This document shows positions 20,415 to 28,300 of a DNA stretch of 64,000 nucleotides, piece by piece (positions within the stretch are counted from its first letter, which is position 1; each line of letters begins with the position of its first letter). A program made the translations under genes and the position numbers. The notes beneath the pieces are model-generated. The model searched no databases. It worked only from the letters and a program-made list of their open reading frames with translations, and had not been told where the DNA came from. The DNA lies in assembly GCA_900177435.1 (NCBI GenBank), contig FXAI01000008.1, positions 50,689 through 114,688 of the forward strand, read 5' to 3'. This stretch comes from Alteromonadaceae bacterium Bs31 (GTDB lineage: Bacteria; Pseudomonadota; Gammaproteobacteria; Pseudomonadales; Cellvibrionaceae).

Positions 20415-21599
20415 TTAATCGATGCAGGTTGTACACGCCACCATCACATAGCGGCCTGTGTGCTCGTTGCGGATGGGGCGCGGTTTGGCGTCCAGCGCAC
20501 TCATGGAGCGGTAAAGTTGGTTTTCTTCCTCAATGGTTCTGCGTTCGTGTTCGAAGGGGTAGAGCAAGCCACCCATGCCGCCGCTGGCAATATAGGCTTC
20601 CGGGTTTCTTAAAATAGAGCGTACATGCAGCAATTCATGCAGCAGCGCATCGGCGGGAGAGGCTACACAGTGAGCGAGCTTGTCTTCGCAGCCGCGCTGG
20701 AATTTTAGCCTGGCTCCAAACTGGGGATCGAAAAAAACCTTTGCCGATTCAACATGGAGTTTGCTGCCACTTACCTCGGTGCGGAAGCTGCGTTTTTCAA
20801 AGTGTAGTTGCCAGGCAAGGTTGTCGAGGTTTTCAAACAGCTCAATTACATGGGGAAACTGACTGTAGTAATCAGCCAGGGATTCGAGTTCATAGTTGAT
20901 ATCCTTCGGGTCTTTCATGGAAGGCTGAAAATGGTGTTGCAGCAGCCTCAGTATTGAAAGGCTACTTGCAGAATCTGAAAGCGGCGCGAAGGTTTCCTTG
21001 TGGTTTATCAAGTCCAGCAGGTTTTCATTCATTTCGCCCTCTTCGCTGGTCTGGTGGGCCTGAGGGGATGATAGGTGTAAGCTCTCGGAATAGTCTTCAG
21101 GCTCGCCACTCTCGGCTGCAAGGTTGGCGCTTACCGTCAACAAAAGCACCGGTAGCCATGGCTTGCGTTTTTCGCCCATAACCGCAGCATTTTTTGAGCG
21201 CCGTTCTTCTAGTAGCCTTAGGCGGTTATTGTGAGCAAAACTTTGTAGTTTTGCGAAAGTCTGCTGAGCGGTCTCCTCCAGCCCTACAGGATACACAATA
21301 TGCGGTTGACCATTGATGGTACAGGAGTGCAGGTAAACAGTGCCCGCTTCACTGTGGGCAAGAGCGTTGCCATACAGTTTTTGTGTGGAGATGGTAAAGC
21401 TGGTGTTTTCCATATTATTAAACTTATCCACCACTAATGAGAGCCCATAAGAGATACCCCAAGCATAGCTCAAAATAGCAGTGTTCGATTGTACGATAGC
21501 GAATAGCAGCTTCTGGTTTATATAATTAATAGTTTTGTGAATTGGTACCTGAGTTACACACCCGGGAAGTGGCTCACGGGCGCTGTGCGTTTTATGCAC
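20415..21599 (-). CDS. Hypothetical protein with a C-terminal HExxH (HELLHV) zinc-metallopeptidase-like motif. The start is uncertain; an alternative is the ATG at 21177-21179, giving a 254-aa product that begins with a signal-peptide-like segment.
   Basis: ALLHELLHVRSIL...EHERRTIEEEN. Internal MGEKRKPWLPVLLLTVSANLAA-ESGE resembles a Sec signal peptide. Confidence 0.4.
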   Translation of the reverse strand: MHKTHSAREPLPGCVTQVPIHKTINYINQKLLFAIVQSNTAILSYAWGISYGLSLVVDKFNNMENTSFTISTQKLYGNALAHSEAGTVYLHSCTINGQPHIVYPVGLEETAQQTFAKLQSFAHNNRLRLLEERRSKNAAVMGEKRKPWLPVLLLTVSANLAAESGEPEDYSESLHLSSPQAHQTSEEGEMNENLLDLINHKETFAPLSDSASSLSILRLLQHHFQPSMKDPKDINYELESLADYYSQFPHVIELFENLDNLAWQLHFEKRSFRTEVSGSKLHVESAKVFFDPQFGARLKFQRGCEDKLAHCVASPADALLHELLHVRSILRNPEAYIASGGMGGLLYPFEHERRTIEEENQLYRSMSALDAKPRPIRNEHTGRYVMVACTTCID

Positions 21600-21724
21600 A
21601 AAAGTTGCGAGTGAGGTATGGTTAAGGCTGTGCTGCTAGCTTTGATGTATTCAATGCCTGCATGGCTATTTATTCTACAGAGCAGAAAGTACACTGAGTG
21701 GAAAGAATAAGAGAGGAAGAGTAG

Positions 21725-22108
21725 ATGCTATATAACGCTAAATGTCACTGTGGTGCGGTTCAAGCCGAGGTAGAAGCTCCCGAGCATATAGATTGCTATC
21801 GTTGTAACTGTTCAATGTGCTCCCTTACCGCTTACCTTCACCTCATTGTACCCAAGTCTAAGTTTAAATTACTGCACGGCCAGGACAGCATTGAAAGCTA
21901 TTCTTTTAATACCGGCGTAGCAAAGCATACCTTTTGCAAGCGTTGCGGTATAAAAGTTTTTTACACACCCCGCTCTAATCCGGATGGTTACAGCGTAAAT
22001 GTGCGCTGTTTACATCCCCAGCCACGTTCTATTGGTATTGAAAATTTTGATGGGAACAACTGGGAGGAGAGTGCACATAAGCTGGCCGGCTTAAGTAAAG
22101 AAAATTAA
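21725..22108 (+). CDS. GFA family protein (glutathione-dependent formaldehyde-activating / CENP-V-like zinc domain).
   Basis: Cysteine pattern CHCGAV...CYRCNCSMC...CKRCG. Confidence 0.7.
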   Translation: MLYNAKCHCGAVQAEVEAPEHIDCYRCNCSMCSLTAYLHLIVPKSKFKLLHGQDSIESYSFNTGVAKHTFCKRCGIKVFYTPRSNPDGYSVNVRCLHPQPRSIGIENFDGNNWEESAHKLAGLSKEN

Positions 22109-22125
22109 TCGTTTGAGTTGGCAGT

Positions 22126-22737
22126 ATGTACGAATTTTTTGTTCCAGCAATTTTATTCAGTTTAACCGGAGCGGTAACACCCGGGCCTAACACCATAATG
22201 CTGATGAGTAATTCGCTAAATTACGGCGTGCGTTTAACACTCCCGGCCTATCTGGGAGTGTGCCTGGGCTTCACCATAATGTTTGCGGCCATTGCGCTTG
22301 GTTTAGGTGCCTTGTTTGTTCAGTTTATATGGTTGCACACCCTGGTTAAAATTGTGGGTGGTGTATATCTGCTGTTTCTGGCCTGGAAAATTGCAAACTC
22401 AGGGAGAGTAAAGCTGGGGGCCAGAGAACAAAAACCCATTACTTTTTTTCAGGCAGCGGCTTTTCAGTGGGTAAACCCAAAGGCAGTTTTACTTGTGGTG
22501 GGTTCAGTGGCCACATTCACCAGCCCAGGCGAAAATATTCTTCTACAGTCACTTGTGCTGTGCTTGATTTTCCTGTTCGCAGGTCTAATTGGTATGGCTG
22601 TGTGGGTGGTTTTTGGTTCCTCTATGAGAAGGTTCATTAACACCGATAAAAAAGCCGCTTATTTTAACGGTACTATGGCCGCTTTATTGGTGATTGCCAT
22701 CGTGCCGCTGTTGCTCGTTGGTGTGCCCAGGCCTTAA
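22126..22737 (+). CDS. LysE/RhtB family amino-acid exporter.
   Basis: N-terminal AVTPGPNTIMLMSNS motif and six predicted TM helices over 203 aa. Confidence 0.8.
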   Translation: MYEFFVPAILFSLTGAVTPGPNTIMLMSNSLNYGVRLTLPAYLGVCLGFTIMFAAIALGLGALFVQFIWLHTLVKIVGGVYLLFLAWKIANSGRVKLGAREQKPITFFQAAAFQWVNPKAVLLVVGSVATFTSPGENILLQSLVLCLIFLFAGLIGMAVWVVFGSSMRRFINTDKKAAYFNGTMAALLVIAIVPLLLVGVPRP

Positions 22738-23012
22738 AAGTCGATATCCGGCCCATCGCTATCCCTCTGTTGAGATCTTAGGCTACTTACTAGTGTGCGT
22801 ATGATTTTGAACGGGAGATCGATAATAATTTCTATCAAATCCAAAAGCGGGCTGTCCTTTGAGTTTGGCGGCCACAAGTAGTGTGCAAGAATAAAGGACA
22901 GCGGGCAGATTATAAATACAAAGATATCAAATCCGCTGGCGAGCAGGTCATACAGAGTATAGCAGCCGGTAAAAAAACAAACTATTGAAAGGAATATTCT
23001 TAGCTCGTCCAC
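22734..23012 (-). CDS. Small hypothetical membrane protein.
   Basis: Hydrophobic 92-aa ORF with a 4-bp overlap on the lysE stop. No recognisable family. Confidence 0.25.
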   Translation of the reverse strand: MDELRIFLSIVCFFTGCYTLYDLLASGFDIFVFIICPLSFILAHYLWPPNSKDSPLLDLIEIIIDLPFKIIRTLVSSLRSQQRDSDGPDIDF

Positions 23013-23041
23013 GCCTATGTTTCCTATGATCTTTTTCGCTA

Positions 23042-23221
23042 TTATTTAATGGCCTCTTTTATTTCCTGCATTGCTTTCATCATGTCTTCGTCCAGCTCTG
23101 CGGTATTGATTTTTTTTATAATATTGGAAAGCACGCGTTTCTCGTTGTCGTCCACTACGCCATCGCGTTTTGCAAGTGAAAATAGCTCCCTTAGTTCGCT
23201 TGCATCCAGTTTACCGTCATT
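23042..23221 (-). pseudogene. Possible remnant of a TerB-like (DGxxDxxEL repeat) small protein. The N-terminal part of the called ORF runs into an inverted-repeat element.
   Basis: C-terminal portion reads NDGKLDASELRELFSLAKRDGVVDDNEKRVL..., reminiscent of TerB tandem acidic motifs. There is no plausible ATG or RBS in that region, and the ORF's first 30 codons lie inside the inverted repeat at 23249-23272. Confidence 0.2.
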
Positions 23222-23248
23222 GGCGAAGCAATTGATAGAACGAAAACA

Positions 23249-23523
23249 AAGGAACCTCTGAGTAAGTCCAAAATGTCTCTGCGTGACCTGGAGCGTACAG
23301 GTGCAAGGCAAATTTTGCCGTTAATGGCCTAAAGTCCTTAACAAAAAATTTAACGCCGCAGATGTGCGCTCCAGGCCACGCCCTTCGGGGCTCCACAGGT
23401 TTTCTCTGCTCTGCGTTGAACTTTTTTGACTTAACCCGTTAGGCCTGCAAAAGTTCGTCTTGATCAGAAAAAACCTGTGAAGCCAGAGGCATCTTGGACT
23501 TAATCAGAGGTTCCTTAAGCTCC
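23249..23523. repeat. MITE-like element or long imperfect palindrome of about 270 bp, bounded by 23-bp inverted repeats that extend imperfectly to about 40 bp.
   Basis: aaggaacctctgagtaagtccaa at 23249-23272 and ttggacttaatcagaggttcctt at 23495-23517 are reverse complements with one mismatch. The motif TTAATCAGAGGTTCCyTArGCT also occurs at 5156-5177. Confidence 0.4.
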
Positions 23524-23557
23524 AAGTAGTCTCTGCTTTCTGTCATGTGGCGTTCTC

Positions 23558-24085
23558 CTAGTCAAATTTAGTGTTTATAAAATGTTTAATGTCTGAGCGT
23601 TTGGGGTGCGCATCTACCCATTCTTTAAACGCTTCTACTTTTGAAAAATCGCTCTCTCCAATGATTTTAGAAAAGTGCGCATGCATACTGGACTTTTCTT
23701 TTTGTCGGCGGATATTGCGTTGCCAGGCCTCGGTAAACACCGAAGAGAGTTTCTTATGAAGGTCGAGGGTTTTTACCAGGTCCCACTCACCGGCGTCGAG
23801 CCATACTTCATCGCAGTGAGAGCACAGCTCCAGCCGGTTTTGCGTGTTTACGCCAATACGGTATTTGGTCATCATACCGCTGCATTTAGGGCATTGTTTG
23901 GCACCTGCGGCTTCTTCCGCGAGTTCGGTGTGTATGTCGCTAATTTCGTGGCTGTGCTCAGACCAGAAACGATAGTTCATGAGTGGCAGCAAGGCACCTT
24001 TGCATTTGGGGCAACTTGCAGCTAAAAGCCCATGTTCAAGTTCGCTGGGTTCCAGCTCGGTATTTTTACAGCTACAACATTTCAT
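23558..24085 (-). CDS. Tandem zinc-ribbon protein (two zf-TFIIB-like CxxC...CxxC ribbons plus a C-terminal domain of unknown function).
   Basis: CSCKNT...CPKCKG and CPKCSGMM...CSHCDEVWLDAGEWD, matching the C..C.GvWlD.gEl pattern. Its ATG at 24083-24085 abuts the stop of the upstream PLD-like gene. Confidence 0.6.
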   Translation of the reverse strand: MKCCSCKNTELEPSELEHGLLAASCPKCKGALLPLMNYRFWSEHSHEISDIHTELAEEAAGAKQCPKCSGMMTKYRIGVNTQNRLELCSHCDEVWLDAGEWDLVKTLDLHKKLSSVFTEAWQRNIRRQKEKSSMHAHFSKIIGESDFSKVEAFKEWVDAHPKRSDIKHFINTKFD

Positions 24086-24777
24086 TGTTTGCCTCCGTAT
24101 TTTTCCCAAAGCCCCTCAAAGCAGTTGATAAATTCCCGAACTGCCTTTGGGTGATGAGTGATGAGAATATTTTCCTGGTTTCGTTCACTGGCGCTCCGTG
24201 TCCAGTTAAAGCTCCCGTTAAGTAATATAGCTTTATCGAAAACAGCAAACTTGTGATGCATATGGTTAGTGCTGTTGTCCATTCTTACATCCAAGCCTTG
24301 GCGTATTAATAAGTCGATATCCGAGCCATCATCGTTTGATTTATCGTCATCTGTAATGATGCGTACGTTTATGCCGCGCTTGTGAGCACTGATGAGGGCT
24401 TCGCTGATGCGGTTGTCAGAAATCGTAAACACGCATATATCGATACTGGACTTTGCTTTATGGCAGCTATCCAATATCGCCCTGCGACATTCCTCTCCGG
24501 GGCTGAAGTAGCTTTTAGGTGGCTGTATAGCGGCACTGCCATCCAGTGCCTTAATGCTCCGTTCCAGCCACTGCAGGGCTCGATTCGCTTGTGGGCAGCC
24601 TGTTTCGAATAGGTGATGCCTGAATAAATCGAAGGCACGATTTTTTAAAAATCGTACGTCTTCTTCGTCCAGTGTGGCGGCTAAGTTGCGAAGACTTTGT
24701 TTTTCTTCACCACTCAGGCGGTAGTCTTCAAAGGTTTGTTTTAACGAGTTTTCTAGAGACTGTTTTGATGTGCTCAT
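24082..24777 (-). CDS. Phospholipase-D superfamily protein with a single HKD motif (Nuc-like endonuclease / PLD-like).
   Basis: HKD motif HHKFAVFD...GSFNWT. The N-terminal 90 aa are helical with no signal peptide. A 4-bp ATGA overlap joins it to the upstream rhomboid gene. Confidence 0.75.
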   Translation of the reverse strand: MSTSKQSLENSLKQTFEDYRLSGEEKQSLRNLAATLDEEDVRFLKNRAFDLFRHHLFETGCPQANRALQWLERSIKALDGSAAIQPPKSYFSPGEECRRAILDSCHKAKSSIDICVFTISDNRISEALISAHKRGINVRIITDDDKSNDDGSDIDLLIRQGLDVRMDNSTNHMHHKFAVFDKAILLNGSFNWTRSASERNQENILITHHPKAVREFINCFEGLWEKYGGKQ

Positions 24778-25328
24778 GTTCGCAACTTCTTTCTGGCCAT
24801 TAAGTAGGCACAGAGTACTCCGCTTAGCGCCCCGAATAAATGGGATTCAAAGGATATGCTGGCATCTCCGGGCAGGACGCCGTACACCATACCGCCGTAA
24901 AAAAAAGCCACGAAAACAGCGACGGCAATATTGCCAAAACTTCGCTGAAACCAGGCCATTGCGATAGAAAGGCTCCAAAGGCCGAATATCCAGCCACTGG
25001 CACCTATATGAATAGAAGGGCGCCCGAAAAACCAAACCAGCAGGCCTGTGAGCGTGATGATAAAAAGGCTGCTTTTGACATAGAAGCGAATACCCCGGAG
25101 TAAACACAGGGCGCTGAAGATGCACATGCCAAACAGGTTATTTAGCAAGTGGCCCCAGCTGCCGTGCAGAAACGGAGCGGTAAAAATATATGGCAGGCTG
25201 CGGGCGTCGTGAGGCGTAATGCCATAGTGTAGAAGGCGACCGCTTAATAGTATATTCAGCAGGTGGACGCCCACCATGGCAAGCACCACCCAGCTCAACA
25301 GTTTTACCTTCTCGTCAAAACCTTTCAT
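24774..25328 (-). CDS. Rhomboid family intramembrane serine protease.
   Basis: Six TM helices, GASGWIFG (the GxSG catalytic Ser) and a downstream His in the last helix (HLFGALSG). Confidence 0.75.
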   Translation of the reverse strand: MKGFDEKVKLLSWVVLAMVGVHLLNILLSGRLLHYGITPHDARSLPYIFTAPFLHGSWGHLLNNLFGMCIFSALCLLRGIRFYVKSSLFIITLTGLLVWFFGRPSIHIGASGWIFGLWSLSIAMAWFQRSFGNIAVAVFVAFFYGGMVYGVLPGDASISFESHLFGALSGVLCAYLMARKKLRT

Positions 25329-25339
25329 ATCTGCCTTAA

Positions 25340-28300
25340 CTAAAGCTGTTTGCTTCCTGCCAATTTTTCCAGCGATCGAAGCTGCTCAGATACTTCTGAC
25401 ATTTTATCGTGGGTGCGTAAATCAATTTCCAGCTTTTTGTCCATGCTCCTAACAAGGGGAAATATGCTGTTCTCGATGGTGTCTGCCAGTACTTTGAGTA
25501 ATTGATCTATTCCTGGAACCGGCTGGTTTACCACTTCTACTTTGGGCGCTTCTTTATTGGTATTCGCCAGTGCGAGTGCTTGCAGGCCGTCTGCAAACTT
25601 ACTCAAGGCTGCGCGCAGTAGCTTACGTTCTTTGTCTATGGCTTTAGCTTGTTGCTCGCTGGCCCCGTCTTTTGAGCTATTTTCCGCGCTAGCCGCTAAA
25701 TTGCGAACGCCGCTAACTAGGTCCGCCAGTTGGGCAACTACCTTGCTGCCTGTATCAGTATCATCACCACCCATGGCTTTATTGCGTAGAAAGTCGGCCT
25801 TAATTTGTTGCCAGCGTTGGCTTTGTAGCTCGGTCATATTGCCGCGCAATTCAGCAAGTTTTAGAAGGTTTTCTTCCGCACCTGCTGTGAGCAACTGAGC
25901 TTCGCCCAGGTAGTGGTCTTCAATCAGCTGCATGAGTTCACTCTGGTTCATTACGGCTGATATTTTTTCGCCCATTTTATTCATGTTGCGGTAGCTGCCT
26001 TGTAACTTAAAAGGCGGCTCGTTGCGGTATTTATCTGCCTGTGCGGCAGAAACAATGTATTGCTGATTAATTTTTAGCACCACGTCACGAATTACGTAGA
26101 GCTTTTTAAGCACGTCGACTATTTCGTTAATTTCTGCACCGCTGTATTGGTGGCTTAAATCAGTTGTGGCTACCTCTTTATCGTTAGCCAGATCCATAAG
26201 AAGGTAAACATCTTTAATGTCGCGGGTGGCTAGTGGCGCGAGTACCGGGTTGGAGGTAAGGCTGTTTTCGATATAGCTCATGGCGAACTGCTCGTCCATT
26301 CCGCCGAGGATATCACCCAGGTTATAAATGTCCGCCCTGTTGGCCAACATGTCCGGGATTTTAAATACCTCGCCAGATTCGGTATAGGGGTTACCCGCCA
26401 TGACTACGCAGAACTTTTTGCCTCGCATGTCGTAGGTTTTTGTTTTTCCTTTCCACACGCCTTCAATGCGTCGTGTGCCATCACACAGGGAAATAAACTT
26501 TTGCAGAAACTCGGGGTTGGTATGCTGTATATCATCCAGGTAGAGCATGACGTTATTGCCCATTTCCAGAGATAAATTGAGTTTATGCAGTTCCTGTCGT
26601 GCGGTGGCATTGGGTGCTTGTTCCGGGTCGAGAGATAATACCTCGTGGCCGAGAGAAGGGCAGTTGATCTTCATGAAGATCAAGCCCAAGCGGCTGGCGA
26701 CGTATTCCATCAAGGTGGTTTTACCGTAGCCGGGAGGTGAGATCATCATCAACAGGCCCATGAGGTCCGTTCGCTTATTTTCACCAACGGTTCCCATCTG
26801 CTTGGCGAGGTTGTCCCCAATAATGGGAAGATAGGCTTCGTTGATAAGCCTGTTGCGAACAAAGGAGCTTAAGGGGCGTGCTTTAAATTCTTCAAGCCGT
26901 AAGCTATCTCTTTCGCGATTGACGATGTTTTGTCGAGTTTCCAGATACTCGCGATAGCCGGTAACAAATTCGCTGCGGTGGTGGTTGAGCCTGAGGAAGA
27001 AATCGTCCACGGCGATAGAGAGAACGCGGTTCTCCACCCGCTTATGCTCGCCCATGAGGCCTTCGACACTTAACTCCAGATCGGCCTCTGTCAGCCTTCT
27101 ATCGATGCGCTCATCGGCGTTAATAAGTGCAGCCGCTTCGGGAATGTAGCGTTCGAGATGTTGCAGTTCTTTATCTTTCACCAGCGCGGAAAGCCAGGCG
27201 CAGCTGAGCTTCCAGCGTTCCGCTGGCCAGCCCAGCATTTTTTCCAGGGCCACTTGAAAGCGCCGCCAGCTATCGTCGTCCAGGCTGCGTTTTAGTTCAT
27301 CTGCCAGTTGCCTTGCGTATTTGCTGCCGATAAATTCGGTGCGCTCACGGCCCAACTCCGTAACCAGGTATTCCGCTGCTCGCCGTATTACCAGTGGGCT
27401 TACATTTATGGGGTGAATGCTTATAAACTCTCGCATAGCAGTGTGGACTTCTTCTGCCAGTAGCTCGTGTGCTTCGCCGCTGGTGAAGTGATCGCGCATT
27501 TTTGCTGCAGAAAGGGCACGCTCGGTCCAGGTTTCATAGGTGAGGCGTTTGCTTTTTAGCTGCTCGGATATACGTTGAATATTTGCCCAGAACACCTGCG
27601 CCAGCCCCCGGCTTTTGGGGTCGAAAATCAACAAGTCCGCGGCATCCATTGCGGGTAACAAGCGCTGCAGTATTTTTGCCGCGTCGTGGTCGTGAATGCC
27701 TTTTTCGTAACCCTCTTTGTAGCGAGGGGTGGCGAACTCTCTTACCAGTTTAAGCAGGCTGTTTTCATCCAATAGAGCTTGCGCGAGTACTTGCTGGTTT
27801 AAATTGTCTTCCTGTCGTTCGGCAGCATGAATAATACTGGCGGCGAGATATTCTGCCCGGTAAACGGAATCGCTTTCGGACTCCAGAGTTACCTGCCAAT
27901 AGGGTTGCAGTTCTTTTAGCGCGGGGTCTTCAATGGGTTCAAAGAAATCCGTTCCGGTAAGATGAATGTTCAGGTCGTCACCGCGAGGTAAGATGGTGAG
28001 ATCAAGCTCTTGGGTATTAACGCTGAATTTATGGCGTGGGCCCAGTTTAATAACCGAGCCGCCCCCTTCGTAAATATCTGTTTTATCACGCAGTACACGC
28101 AGCGCCTGTTCTTTTGCTGCTTTAAATTTTGATTCAATATCGTCCGCTTTTACGGCGGAACTGAGTTCACGCAGTTGCTGGATAAATTCACGTATTTTTA
28201 ATACCAGCGCATCGGACGCGAAATAGGTGTTGAGCTTGTCCGCTTCGGTAAACTTGGTGGAGCGTTTTTCTATACTGCTGAGTACTCGATTGGCGGCATC

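Noticed and set aside
23222-23311. N-terminal 30 codons of the 89-aa ORF 23042..23311 (MPCTCTLQVTQRHFGLTQRFLCF...).
   Set aside because: This stretch lies inside an inverted repeat arm and has no RBS, so it is probably not translated. Only the C-terminal TerB-like part looks protein-like, and even that is likely a remnant.
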